Shown: positions 39,836 to 50,800 of the stretch, piece after piece
Position numbering within the stretch: the first letter of the stretch is position 1
How the letters are laid out: every line of letters starts with the position of its first letter
Assembly (NCBI GenBank): GCA_016185015.1
Contig: JACPOI010000004.1
Coordinates: 29,778 to 93,777, forward strand
From: Burkholderiales bacterium
Lineage (GTDB): Bacteria > Pseudomonadota > Gammaproteobacteria > Burkholderiales > Burkholderiaceae_C
Reading direction: 5' to 3'
DNA: 64,000 nt
Position numbers and translations under genes: made by a program
The notes under the pieces: generated by a model
Seen by the model: only the letters and a program-made list of their open reading frames with translations
Database searches by the model: none
What the model was told of the DNA's origin: nothing

Positions 39836-41620
39836 ATGAGCTATGTCGCGCCCCTGAAGGACATGCTGTTCAATATCAAGCACCTGGCGCAGATCGACGA
39901 GATCGCGCGCCTGCCCGGTTTCGAGGATGCCGGCTACGACACGGCCCAGGCCGTGCTGGAAGAGGCAGCCAAGTTCAACGAGCAGGTGGTCGCACCGCTG
40001 AACTGGGATGGCGACAAGAACCCCTCGAGCTGGAAAGACGGCGTGGTCACCACAACCCCGGGTTTCAAGGACGCTTTCCGCCAGTTCGGCGAAGGCGGCT
40101 GGCAGGGCCTGCAGCACCCGGCGGACTTCGGCGGGCAGGGCCTGCCCAAGACCATCGGTGCGGCCTGCATCGAGATGGTCAACAGCGCCAACCTGAGCTT
40201 CGCCCTGTGCCCGCTGCTGACTGACGGCGCCATCGAGGCGCTGCTGACCGCAGGCAGCGACGAGCTCAAGGCCACTTACCTGGACAAGCTGGTGAGCGGC
40301 GAGTGGACCGGCACCATGAACCTGACCGAGCCCCAGGCCGGCTCGGACCTGGCCCTGGTGCGCAGCCGTGCCGAGCCGCAGCCCGATGGCAGCTACAAGG
40401 TCTTCGGCACCAAGATCTTCATCACCTACGGCGAGCACGACATGGCGGGCAACATCGTGCACCTGGTGCTGGCGCGCGTGACCGGCGCGCCCGAGGGCAT
40501 CAAGGGCATCAGCCTGTTTGTCGTGCCTAAGTTCATGGTGAACAAGGATGGCAGCCTGGGTGCGCGCAACGACGTGCATTGCGTGAGCATCGAGCACAAG
40601 CTGGGCATCAAGGCCAGCCCGACCGCCGTGTTGCAGTACGGCGACCATGGCGGGGCCGTGGGCTACCTCGTGGGCCAGGAGAACCGTGGTCTCGAGTACA
40701 TGTTCATCATGATGAACGCCGCGCGTTACGCCGTGGGCATGCAGGGCATTGCGGTGGCCGAGCGCGCCTACCAGCAGGCCGTGGGCTACGCACGTGACCG
40801 CGTGCAGAGCCGCCCGGTCGATGGCTCGCTCAAGACCAGCGCACCCATCATCCACCACCCCGATGTACGCCGCATGCTCATGACCATGCGCGCCTACATC
40901 GAGGGTTGCCGTTCCATGGCTTCCGTGGCGGCGGCGGCCTATGACGCCGCGCACCACCACCCGGATGCCGAGGTGCGCAAGCAGAACCAGGCCTTCTATG
41001 AGTTCATGGTGCCCCTGGTCAAGGGCTACAGCACCGAGATGAGCCTGGAAGTCACCAGCCTGGGCGTGCAGGTGCACGGCGGCATGGGTTTCATCGAGGA
41101 AACCGGCGCGGCCCAGCACTACCGCGACGCCAAGATCCTGACCATCTACGAAGGCACCACCGCCATCCAGGCCAATGACCTGGTCGGGCGCAAGACCTTG
41201 CGTGACGGCGGCCAGACCGCCAAGGCGATTGCGAAACAGATCGAAGGCACCGAGGCCGAGCTCAAGACGAACGGCAGCGCAGACGCACAGGCCGTGGCCA
41301 AACGCCTGGGCGCGGCCCGACTGGCCTTCGTCGACGTGGTCGACTTCATGGCCAGCCAGAAGGACCCCAACGCCGTGTACGCCGGCAGCGTGCCCTACCT
41401 GATGCTGGCAGGCAACCTGATGGCGGGCTGGCAATTGGCGCGCGCCTTGCTGGTAGCACAGGCCGAGCTGGCCCGGGGCGAAGATGCGGCCTTCATGCAG
41501 TCCAAGATCACGGTGGCGCGCTTTTATGCCGAGCACCTCCTGAGCAAGGCCCAGGGCGTACGCGACAGCATCGTGGAAGGTGCCGGCAGCGTGACGGCGC
41601 TGGCGCTCGAAGCCTTCTGA
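39836..41620 (+). CDS. acyl-CoA dehydrogenase (~600-aa class with extended N- and C-terminal domains)
   Basis: 594 aa: WTGTMNLTEPQAGSDLALVRSRAEPQPDGSYKVFGTKIFITYGEHD...QVHGGMGFIEETGAAQHYRDAKILTIYEGTT. Confidence 0.9.
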   Translation: MSYVAPLKDMLFNIKHLAQIDEIARLPGFEDAGYDTAQAVLEEAAKFNEQVVAPLNWDGDKNPSSWKDGVVTTTPGFKDAFRQFGEGGWQGLQHPADFGGQGLPKTIGAACIEMVNSANLSFALCPLLTDGAIEALLTAGSDELKATYLDKLVSGEWTGTMNLTEPQAGSDLALVRSRAEPQPDGSYKVFGTKIFITYGEHDMAGNIVHLVLARVTGAPEGIKGISLFVVPKFMVNKDGSLGARNDVHCVSIEHKLGIKASPTAVLQYGDHGGAVGYLVGQENRGLEYMFIMMNAARYAVGMQGIAVAERAYQQAVGYARDRVQSRPVDGSLKTSAPIIHHPDVRRMLMTMRAYIEGCRSMASVAAAAYDAAHHHPDAEVRKQNQAFYEFMVPLVKGYSTEMSLEVTSLGVQVHGGMGFIEETGAAQHYRDAKILTIYEGTTAIQANDLVGRKTLRDGGQTAKAIAKQIEGTEAELKTNGSADAQAVAKRLGAARLAFVDVVDFMASQKDPNAVYAGSVPYLMLAGNLMAGWQLARALLVAQAELARGEDAAFMQSKITVARFYAEHLLSKAQGVRDSIVEGAGSVTALALEAF

Positions 41621-41646
41621 TTATTGCTATTGAATTGATAGCTATC

Positions 41647-41686
41647 CGGCTGTCGCTCGATTGACATCGACGGCAGCCGTTTTTCT
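41647..41686 (+). terminator. rho-independent terminator after the acyl-CoA dehydrogenase gene
   Basis: CGGCTGTCG...CGACGGCAGCCG forms an extended stem (with an inner TCGA/TCGA pair) and is followed by TTTTT. Confidence 0.65.
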
Positions 41687-41716
41687 TGAGAATGTCAGCA
41701 TTCCCCTGGAGACACG

Positions 41717-42685
41717 ATGTCCAAGCTCCCCGCCACCCTGCAGAACCTGCCCCTGCCCATCATCGGCTCGCCGCTGTTCATCATCAGCAACCCCAAGCTG
41801 GTCATTGCCCAGTGCATCTCGGGCGTGGTGGGCTCCATGCCAGCGCTCAACGCGCGCCCGGCCTCGCAGCTCGACGAATGGCTGGCCGAGATCACCGAGG
41901 CCCTGGCCGCGCACAACCGGGCGCACCCCGATCGCCCCGCTGCGCCCTTCGCCATCAACCAGATCGTGCACAAGTCCAATGACCGGCTCGAACACGACAT
42001 GGCGCTGTGCGTGAAGTACAAGGTGCCGGTCATCATCACCTCGCTGGGCGCGCGCGAGGAGATCAACCAGGCGGCGCACAGCTATGGTGGCGTGGTGCTG
42101 CACGACGTCATCAACAACAAGTTTTCCCACAAGGCCATCGAGAAAGGTGCCGACGGCCTGATCGCCGTGGCGGCCGGTGCCGGTGGCCACGCGGGCGTGA
42201 AGAGCCCGTTCGCCCTCGTGCAGGAAATCCGCCAGTGGTTCGATGGCCCGCTGGCGCTCAGCGGCTCGATTGCGAATGGCGCGTCCGTGCTGGCCGCGCA
42301 GGCCATGGGCGCAGACTTCGCCTACATGGGCACAGCCTTCATCGCCACGCACGAGGCGCGCGCGGTCGATGCTTACAAACAGGCCATCGTCGAAGGCAAT
42401 TCCGACGACATCGTCTACAGCAACCTGTTCACCGGTGTGCACGGCAACTACCTGGCGCCCAGCATCCGCGCTGCGGGCCTGGACCCGGAGAATCTTCCCG
42501 AGAGCGACCCGAGCAAGATGAACTTCGGTGGGGACGCCAAGAAGGCCTGGAAGGACATCTGGGGCTCGGGCCAGGGCATCGGCGCCATCACCCAGGTGCA
42601 GGGTGCCGGTGAGTTCATCGAGCAGCTGCGCCGCGAGTACCGCGCTGCACGCGAGCGTCTGCTGGCGATTTCGGCCGGGGTCTGA
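41717..42685 (+). CDS. nitronate monooxygenase family protein (NMO / 2-nitropropane dioxygenase-like)
   Basis: 322 aa: LPIIGSPLFIISNPKLVIAQCISGVVGSMPALN...ADGLIAVAAGAGGHAG...AQAMGADFAYMGTAFI. Confidence 0.85.
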   Translation: MSKLPATLQNLPLPIIGSPLFIISNPKLVIAQCISGVVGSMPALNARPASQLDEWLAEITEALAAHNRAHPDRPAAPFAINQIVHKSNDRLEHDMALCVKYKVPVIITSLGAREEINQAAHSYGGVVLHDVINNKFSHKAIEKGADGLIAVAAGAGGHAGVKSPFALVQEIRQWFDGPLALSGSIANGASVLAAQAMGADFAYMGTAFIATHEARAVDAYKQAIVEGNSDDIVYSNLFTGVHGNYLAPSIRAAGLDPENLPESDPSKMNFGGDAKKAWKDIWGSGQGIGAITQVQGAGEFIEQLRREYRAARERLLAISAGV

Positions 42686-42689
42686 GCTC

Positions 42690-43646
42690 TCAGGCGCAGG
42701 CTTCGACGCGGTCGCGCCCGGCCTGCTTGGCCTTGTACATGGCCTCGTCGGCGCGGCGCAGGCAGTCCTCGATGGACTGGTCCTGGGCCTTGAGCTGGGT
42801 GACACCGGCGCTGAAGCGCAGGTGCAGCATCTGCCCGGCCACGGCGCTGGCCTCCTCGGCTATGGCCAGGCGCAGACGCTCTGCCATCAGCGCAGCACCG
42901 GCCAGGCCGGTGCTGGGCATGAGGATGGCGAATTCCTCACCGCCGATGCGCGCCAGCAGATCGTTTTCACGCAGCAAGGCGCTGATCTTCTGGCTCAGCA
43001 GCTTGAGCACTTCGTCCCCGGTGGCATGACCGTACTGGTCGTTGATGTGCTTGAAATGGTCGACGTCGATCAACGTGACTGACAGCGGGGTCTGATAACG
43101 CCGGCTGCGCATGAACTCCTGCTCGGCGCGCTCGAAGAAATAGCGCCGGTTGGCCGTGCCGGTCAGAGGGTCGTGCCGGGCCAGCTGGATCAGCGCGGCC
43201 TCGTGGTTTTTCTGGGTCGTGATGTCGCGGAAGAACCAGACGCGTCCGAGGTACTCGTCGTGCTCGCCGCGCAGCACGGTGGAATGGCGCTCCAGCGTGC
43301 GCGCATCCTTGAGCTCGATCTCGCAGTGGTCGTCGAGCTGCGGGTTGTCGTAGAGCTCGCGCACCCGCTCCAGGAAGGCCGCGGGGTTCTGGACCCGGGC
43401 CACCACTTCGGCCAGCAGGGGCGCGTCCGATTCCCCGATGGCCGTGCCGTCGGCCTTCATGTGCAACTGGCTGGGCACGATGTGCCAGAGCTGGAGGAAC
43501 TGGCGGTTGTGTGCCACCACCGTGCCCTGGGCATCGACCACGAGGATGCCGTCGGGTGAGGTGTCGTAGATGGCCTTGATCAGTCGCGACTGGAAGTCGG
43601 ATGACGGGCCATTCCCGGACGTCTTGCTTCTTGTGCTGGAATCCAA
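42690..43646 (-). CDS. PAS-GGDEF diguanylate cyclase (active GGEEF with an RxxD I-site)
   Basis: It has a PAS block IYDTSPDGILVVDAQGTVVAHNRQFLQLW and a GGDEF domain with LRENDLLARIGGEEFAIL. No in-frame ATG precedes the PAS domain, so I place the start at the TTG at 43644-43646, which is preceded by AGGAGG plus a 5-nt spacer. The 510-aa track ORF is an over-extension. Confidence 0.8.
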   Translation of the reverse strand: MDSSTRSKTSGNGPSSDFQSRLIKAIYDTSPDGILVVDAQGTVVAHNRQFLQLWHIVPSQLHMKADGTAIGESDAPLLAEVVARVQNPAAFLERVRELYDNPQLDDHCEIELKDARTLERHSTVLRGEHDEYLGRVWFFRDITTQKNHEAALIQLARHDPLTGTANRRYFFERAEQEFMRSRRYQTPLSVTLIDVDHFKHINDQYGHATGDEVLKLLSQKISALLRENDLLARIGGEEFAILMPSTGLAGAALMAERLRLAIAEEASAVAGQMLHLRFSAGVTQLKAQDQSIEDCLRRADEAMYKAKQAGRDRVEACA

Positions 43647-43753
43647 GCTTGCCTCCTGTGCGCCCGGTGTTACCACCGGAGGTATGGCGCGCGGACCATC
43701 ATAGCGAACGCTCGAAAGCTGGCAAGGGCAGCGACCGCAGGCCGCTGCAGACT

Positions 43754-44404
43754 TCAGTGCCCCAGGCTCAGCAGCGTGTTGAACGGGCTGAGCAGTTCGA
43801 GCCAGCGCGGCTGGTCCTGCAGCAAGGGCAGCAGCGCCGATTTGCCCAGGAACCAGACCAGCCCCAGCAGGCAGACGAAGATCAGCAGCAGCAGCATGTT
43901 TTGCGGCAGACGGCTGGCCAGGGCGACGCGGCGCAGGCTGAGCTGCCACATCCACACCGAGGGCACGAGCGCCAGCAGGCCGAAGGCCAGCAGGGGCTGC
44001 CATAGGGGCAGGGCACGCAGCTGGGTCCAGATGGCCTGTACCTTGCCGGGCGGCAGGTTGGCGCTCAGGTAGCCGTGGCCGGCCCACAGCAGGAGCGAGT
44101 TGAGGGCGACCAGCCACAGCAGCAGGGTGATGACGGCTTTCAGCAGCCAGGGCCAGTTCAGCAGGCTGAGCAGGGCACCGAGTGCCGCGGTCGTCAGCAG
44201 ACCGAAGCACAGGCCGATCCACAGCAGCGAACCGACGTCCATGGGCAGGCGGATGAGCTCACGCCAGAAGGGAAGATTGCCAGCGAGGGCCAGCCAGAGG
44301 CTGGCCCAGATCAGGAGCTGCGCCGGATGCCGCGCTTCGCGCTGGTCGGCGGGCGACAGCATCGATTGTGCGAATTCGGTGACATGGAAGAGTCTCAGGC
44401 TCAT
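43754..44404 (-). CDS. membrane protein resembling only the N-terminal transmembrane domain of EptA/EptB-type phosphoethanolamine transferases (possible gene remnant)
   Basis: 216 aa with about 5 TM helices. It begins with a NLPFWRELI-type N-terminus and ends ...RWLELLSPFNTLLSLGH*. That is the point where full-length enzymes continue into the periplasmic sulfatase domain, and no sulfatase-like sequence follows in any frame. Confidence 0.45.
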   Translation of the reverse strand: MSLRLFHVTEFAQSMLSPADQREARHPAQLLIWASLWLALAGNLPFWRELIRLPMDVGSLLWIGLCFGLLTTAALGALLSLLNWPWLLKAVITLLLWLVALNSLLLWAGHGYLSANLPPGKVQAIWTQLRALPLWQPLLAFGLLALVPSVWMWQLSLRRVALASRLPQNMLLLLIFVCLLGLVWFLGKSALLPLLQDQPRWLELLSPFNTLLSLGH

Positions 44405-44467
44405 GGCGGGCCATTCTGACCGATTGGGGCCGGGTCGCGTAACAGGGGGTAACCCTGCGTGAGGGCC

Positions 44468-45841
44468 TCAGGCCGGCCAGGTGGCGCCGTGCTCGGGTAC
44501 CAGGGCGCGCCAGCCCAGACCGTGCTCGATGCGCTGGCGCAGGGTATCGGCCGCGCTGATCTCGCCGTGGACCACGTAGACCTGGCCCGGAGGGGCGGGC
44601 AGGGTGCGCAGCCAGTCCATGAGCTGGGGGGCGTCGGCATGCGCCGAGGCCGATTGCAGTTGCACGACTTCGGCGCCCACGCTGACATCCTTGCCGTGGA
44701 TGCGTACCGAGGGCGCGCCGCTGGCCAGCGTGGCGCCGCGCGTGCCGGGCGACTGGAAGCCGGTCAGCACGATCATGTTGCGGTGGTCCCCGGCGTAGAG
44801 GGACAGATGGTGCAGCACACGTCCGCCGGTGGCCATGCCGCTGGCGGCCAGGATGACCATGGGGCCGTGCCGGCGGGCCAGGGCCTTGGATTCGTCGGGG
44901 GTGTTGACCATGGTGGCGCAGTGCGTCATGGCCTTGACCGCCCTGGCGTCGAGCCGGTGTTCGTCGGGGAAGTGCTCGAACAGATGGGTGGTGTGGATGG
45001 CCATGGGGCTGTCCAGGAAGATCGGCAGCCTGGCCGGAATCTCGCCGCGCGCCTTGAGCACGGTGATGGCGTGCAGGATCTCCTGCGCGCGCCCGACGGC
45101 GAAGACCGGGATCACCGCCACCCCGCCGCGCCCGGCCAGCCGGTGCAGGGCCGGGCCGAGTTCGGCCAGCACGTCCTCTTTCGGGTGGGTGCGGTCGCCG
45201 TAGGTCGATTCGATCACCAACGTGTCGGCCGCCGGCGCGCGGTCGGGCGGGTTCATGAGGAAGTCGTCGGTGCGGCCCAGGTCGCCCGAGAACAGGATGC
45301 GCCGCCCTGCCACTTCCAGCAGCAGGCTGGCCGCGCCCAGGATGTGGCCGGCGCGGAAGAAGGTGGCGCGCCAGCCCTTGATGGGATCGAAGCTGTGGCT
45401 GAATTCATGCTGCTTGATCAGCTTGAGGCAGGCCAGCGCGTCCTTGCGCGTGTACAGCGGCAGGGCCGGTGCATGCTTGGAAAAGCCGTGGCGGTTGGCG
45501 AAAGCGGCGTCTTCTTCCTGGATGTGGCCGCTGTCGGGCAGCAGCACCGCGCACAGTTCGCGTGTGCCGCGGGTGGCGTGCACGTGGCCGCCGTAGCCCT
45601 CGCGCGCCAGCAGCGGCAGATAGCCGCTGTGGTCCAGATGCGCGTGGGTGAGGATGACGGCGTGGATCTGGCTGGGGGCGACGGGCAGCGGGTTCCAGTT
45701 GCGCAGGCGCAGCTGCTTGTAGCCCTGGAACAGGCCGCAGTCCACCAGCAGGGTTTCGGTGCCGTGGCGCACCAGGTATTTGGAGCCGGTGACCGTGCTG
45801 GCCCCGCCGAGGAAAGTGATGGAGACGCTCATGGGCCGCAT
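44468..45841 (-). CDS. MBL-fold metallo-hydrolase of the beta-CASP (RNA-metabolising) family
   Basis: 457 aa: ITFLGGASTVTGSKYLV...LLVDCGLFQG...ILTHAHLDHSGYLP, plus a beta-CASP region and a C-terminal SAHAD motif. The start could instead be the ATG 9 nt downstream. Confidence 0.85.
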   Translation of the reverse strand: MRPMSVSITFLGGASTVTGSKYLVRHGTETLLVDCGLFQGYKQLRLRNWNPLPVAPSQIHAVILTHAHLDHSGYLPLLAREGYGGHVHATRGTRELCAVLLPDSGHIQEEDAAFANRHGFSKHAPALPLYTRKDALACLKLIKQHEFSHSFDPIKGWRATFFRAGHILGAASLLLEVAGRRILFSGDLGRTDDFLMNPPDRAPAADTLVIESTYGDRTHPKEDVLAELGPALHRLAGRGGVAVIPVFAVGRAQEILHAITVLKARGEIPARLPIFLDSPMAIHTTHLFEHFPDEHRLDARAVKAMTHCATMVNTPDESKALARRHGPMVILAASGMATGGRVLHHLSLYAGDHRNMIVLTGFQSPGTRGATLASGAPSVRIHGKDVSVGAEVVQLQSASAHADAPQLMDWLRTLPAPPGQVYVVHGEISAADTLRQRIEHGLGWRALVPEHGATWPA

Positions 45842-45879
45842 GTTAGTCCCGTGCCGAGCGGTCGCACCCGATCCAGATC

Positions 45880-45914
45880 AAAAAAAGCCGCGCGGGGGCG
45901 ACCCCGGCGCGGCT
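45880..45914 (-). terminator. rho-independent terminator after dnaJ
   Basis: The minus strand reads AGCCGCGCCGGGG-TCG-CCCCCGCGCGGCT followed by TTTTTTT. Confidence 0.8.
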
Positions 45915-45934
45915 CCTGGAGGCACAGCCTCAGG

Positions 45935-47071
45935 TCAGCTGAAGAAGCTCTTGAGCCGGTCGGCCCAGCTGCCTTCGCCCGGCGAGTGCTTGGCGCCGCC
46001 CTTCTGCAGCGACTCGCCCAGTTCGCGCAGCAGCTTGCGCTGGTGCTCGGTGAGCTTGACGGGCGTTTCCACCGTGATGTGGCAATACAGGTCGCCGGGG
46101 TAGCTGGCGCGCACGCCCTTGATGCCCTTGCCGCGCAGGCGGAACTGCTTGCCGGTCTGCGTACCTTCGGGGATGTCGATGGCGGCCTTGCCCTGCAGCG
46201 TGGGCACATCGATCTCGCCGCCTAGCGCCGCCGTGACGAAGCTGATGGGCACGGCGCAATGCAGGTCGTCGCCGTCGCGCTCGAAGATGTCGTGCTTGCG
46301 CAGGCGGATCTCGATGTAGAGGTCACCCGGCGGTCCGCCGTTCATGCCCGGCTCACCGTTGCCGGTGCTGCGGATGCGCATGCCGTCGTCGATGCCGGCG
46401 GGGATCTTCACCTCCAGCGTCTTCTGGCGCTTGATGCGGCCCTGGCCCTGGCAGCTGGTGCAGGGTTCGGGGATGATTTTGCCCGTGCCGTGGCAGTGCG
46501 GGCAGGTCTGCTGCACGCTGAAGAAACCCTGGCGCATCTGCACCGAACCCGAGCCGTGGCAGGTTGTACAGGGCTTGACCTGGGTGCCGGGTTTGGCGCC
46601 CGTGCCGCGGCAGGTGTCGCAGTTGTCCCAGCTGGGGATGCGGATCTGCGCGTCCTTGCCGCGGGCGGCTTCCTCCAGCGTGATCTCCATGGCGTAGCTC
46701 AGGTCGCTGCCACGGTAGACCTGGCGGCCGCCGGCCCCGCGTCCGCGCTGCTGGCCGAACATGTCGCCGAAGATGTCGCCGAAGGCCTCGGCAAAGCCGC
46801 CGCCAAAACCTTCACCGGCGCCGCCGCGCATATTGGGGTCGACGCCGGCGTGGCCGTACTGGTCGTAGGCCGCGCGCTTCTGCGCGTCCGACAGCATCTC
46901 GTAGGCCTCCTTGGCCTCCTTGAATTTTTCCTCGGCCGCCTTGGCGCTGTCACCCTGGTTGCGGTCTGGGTGATGCTTCATCGCGAGCTTGCGATACGCC
47001 TTCTTGATCTCCTCCTCGGAGGCGTTCTTGGGCACGCCGAGGATTTCGTAAAAGTCTCTTTTGGTCGCCAT
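45935..47071 (-). CDS. dnaJ: molecular chaperone DnaJ
   Basis: 378 aa. J domain [35 protein letters not shown], a G/F region and four CxxCxGxG zinc motifs. Confidence 0.96.
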   Translation of the reverse strand: MATKRDFYEILGVPKNASEEEIKKAYRKLAMKHHPDRNQGDSAKAAEEKFKEAKEAYEMLSDAQKRAAYDQYGHAGVDPNMRGGAGEGFGGGFAEAFGDIFGDMFGQQRGRGAGGRQVYRGSDLSYAMEITLEEAARGKDAQIRIPSWDNCDTCRGTGAKPGTQVKPCTTCHGSGSVQMRQGFFSVQQTCPHCHGTGKIIPEPCTSCQGQGRIKRQKTLEVKIPAGIDDGMRIRSTGNGEPGMNGGPPGDLYIEIRLRKHDIFERDGDDLHCAVPISFVTAALGGEIDVPTLQGKAAIDIPEGTQTGKQFRLRGKGIKGVRASYPGDLYCHITVETPVKLTEHQRKLLRELGESLQKGGAKHSPGEGSWADRLKSFFS

Positions 47072-47151
47072 GGATTTCTCGCGGGTCTGTCACGCAAAAC
47101 GCCGCGCCGACGATCCTGCAGGACCATGCGGACGCGGCGCGCGGGGTGGCC

Positions 47152-49092
<1,941 letters not shown>

Positions 49093-49131
49093 GTCTTACT
49101 CCTGAGATTCGTAAAAATTCTGTTGCGCTGT

Positions 49132-49159
49132 ACTTGTGGCTAAGCTGGCCGGTTTCAAG
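49132..49159 (-). promoter_or_regulatory. sigma-32 (heat-shock) type promoter for dnaK
   Basis: The minus strand reads CCCTTGAAA, then a 14-nt spacer counted from CTTGAA, then CCACAAGT. The consensus is CTTGAA-N14-CCCCATNT. It lies between the grpE stop and the dnaK RBS (AGGAG). Confidence 0.55.
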
Positions 49160-49163
49160 GGCC

Positions 49164-49700
49164 TTATTTGGGCGCGGCCACGGTCACCAGGGCGGGGCGC
49201 AGCACGCGCTCGGCGATGGTGTAGCCCTTTTGCAGCACGCTGACCACGGTGTTGGCTTCCTGTTCGGCCGGTACCACGCTGATGGCCTGGTGCTGGTGCG
49301 GATCAAACTTGCTGCCCGTGGCCGGGTTGATGGCGATGACCTTGTTGCGCTCCAGCGCGGCGGTCAACTGGCGCAGGGTGGCCTGGGCGCCTTCGCGGAT
49401 CTGCTCGGGGGTGGCGTCCTTGATGCTCAGGCCGGCGTCCAGGCTGTCGGTCACCGGCAGCAGGCTCTCGGCAAAGCTTTCCACGGCGAACTTGCGGGCC
49501 TTGGTGATCTCTTCTTCGGCACGGCGGCGGGCGTTTTCGGCTTCGGCCTTGGCGCGCAGGAACTGGTCGGCCAGTTCAGCGCTTTTGGCCTTGAGTTCGG
49601 CCAGTTCGGCCTGGACCTGTGCCAGTGCCTCGGCGTCGGTGCTCGCGGGGGCATGCCCCGGTTCTTGAGCGGGGGTAGGGGTGGCTTGCGTGTCAGACAT
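49164..49700 (-). CDS. grpE: nucleotide exchange factor GrpE
   Basis: GrpE core [32 protein letters not shown]...VLQKGY. I place the start at the ATG at 49698-49700 (MSDTQATP...) because a sigma-32-type promoter occupies the first 18 codons of the longest ORF (49164-49754). No clear SD precedes this ATG, so the start remains uncertain. Confidence 0.85.
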   Translation of the reverse strand: MSDTQATPTPAQEPGHAPASTDAEALAQVQAELAELKAKSAELADQFLRAKAEAENARRRAEEEITKARKFAVESFAESLLPVTDSLDAGLSIKDATPEQIREGAQATLRQLTAALERNKVIAINPATGSKFDPHQHQAISVVPAEQEANTVVSVLQKGYTIAERVLRPALVTVAAPK

Positions 49701-49732
49701 GCTTGGAAGGTTGGAATGAAGGTCAGACGCGG

Positions 49733-49760
49733 ACATGGGGGCGTCGCCGACCATTTCAAG
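49733..49760 (-). promoter_or_regulatory. sigma-32 (heat-shock) type promoter for grpE
   Basis: The minus strand reads CTTGAA-ATGGTCGGCGACGC-CCCCATGT. Both hexamers match the consensus, and the 14-nt spacing matches E. coli dnaK P1 as I remember it. Confidence 0.65.
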
Positions 49761-49806
49761 AGCGCTCCGACAGGAACCGGCCGCCGGGTGGCGGCCGGCA
49801 GAGGGG

Positions 49807-50163
49807 TCAGGCCAGAGCCAGCAGTTCGACTTCGAACTTCAGGGTGGCGTTGGGCGGAATCACGCCGCCGGCGCCGCGAGCACCATAGCCCAGGGCTGCC
49901 GGGATGATCAGCACCCGGGTGCCGCCGATCTTCATGCCGGCCACGCCCTCGTCCCAGCCGCGGATCACCATGCCGCCGCCCAGGGAGAACTCGAAGGGGT
50001 CGTTGCGGTCCTTGCTGGAATCGAACTTGGCGCCTTGCGTGCCGTTGTTGTAGAGCCAGCCGGTGTAGTGAACCGTTACCGTCTGGCCGCGGGTCGCCTC
50101 GGCACCCGTGCCGGGGATGGTGTCTTCGTACTGGAGTCCGGAGGGGGTGGTGGTGATGGCCAT
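49807..50163 (-). CDS. FKBP-type peptidyl-prolyl cis-trans isomerase
   Basis: 118 aa: [69 protein letters not shown]. Confidence 0.9.
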   Translation of the reverse strand: MAITTTPSGLQYEDTIPGTGAEATRGQTVTVHYTGWLYNNGTQGAKFDSSKDRNDPFEFSLGGGMVIRGWDEGVAGMKIGGTRVLIIPAALGYGARGAGGVIPPNATLKFEVELLALA

Positions 50164-50290
50164 GGCGCGGTCCTTCTCGCTATTTATTTGATAGCTGACG
50201 GTGCCGGTTGGAAGCCCGCACGCCAGCTGGCGAAGGGCGAATTATGCCAGTTGGTCGGGTTCCGGCGGCTCGGTTGCCGGCGCCAGGGGC

Positions 50291-50602
50291 TCAGCGGGCC
50301 TTGCGCGCCTGGCTGGCCAGCCATTTGCTGGCAAAGGCGGGCAATTCGCCCATGCGACGGGTCAGTTCGGTGCCGCTGGTGGTGAGCAGATAGCCGTCGC
50401 TACCGTGGTTGAGCAGGCCGGCCTCGCGCAGTTCCTTGATGCGGGTGTTCAGGGTGTTGGGGGTGATGCCGCCGACGCTGTCCTGCAGGAGCCGGAAGGT
50501 CTGGGCGTGGCCGTCGCGCAGTGCCCACAGCACTCGCATGGCGTAGCGTGACTCCAGCAGAGCCAGCAGCTGACCAATGGCGGCGTTTTCCTTGTAGCTC
50601 AT
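50291..50602 (-). CDS. HxlR-family winged-helix transcriptional regulator
   Basis: The ATG at 50600-50602 gives MSYKENAAIGQLLALLESRYAMRVLWALRDGHAQTFRLLQDSVGGITPNTLNTRIKELREAGLL. Confidence 0.8.
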   Translation of the reverse strand: MSYKENAAIGQLLALLESRYAMRVLWALRDGHAQTFRLLQDSVGGITPNTLNTRIKELREAGLLNHGSDGYLLTTSGTELTRRMGELPAFASKWLASQARKAR

Positions 50603-50800
50603 TCCACAGCACTCCTTGAAACGCCGAGCCTGAGGCCTGGCGCACCCTCCCTGTGCCTGATGTCGCCGCAATACAGCAGGCAAACGAGGCGAAGGCGGAC
50701 TATAGCGCAGATTCCGGACTGCTACAAGATTAATAGCTGATAGGGTCCCCCGTATCTACCCTGAGGTCTGCTGGCATGAGGGGCAGCGTGAAAAATTTCG

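Noticed and set aside
41626-41642. An AT-rich motif GCTATTGAATTGATAGC, recurring as GCTATTTATTTGATAGC at 50179-50195 (15/17 match).
   Set aside because: A 17-mer with two mismatches is expected by chance in 64 kb on two strands. The two contexts (downstream of an acyl-CoA dehydrogenase gene, upstream of the FKBP gene) share no obvious logic.
43646-43800. A frameshifted fusion of the EptA-like membrane domain to the PAS-GGDEF domain, giving a single membrane-anchored cyclase.
   Set aside because: The intervening about 107 nt has lower GC and a non-coding character. It ends in a strong AGGAGG-N5-TTG initiation signal, and the would-be linker translation is Cys/Arg-rich nonsense.
49701-49754. 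An 18-codon N-terminal extension of grpE ([18 protein letters not shown]).
   Set aside because: It is occupied by a consensus sigma-32 promoter. It is kept only as an alternative if read-through from the FKBP gene is translated.
50690-50780. A tRNA-like TATAGCGCAGA (D-arm-like) string in the HxlR/MarR intergenic region.
   Set aside because: No acceptor stem or GTTCRANYC T-loop can be built around it. It is probably just promoter DNA.
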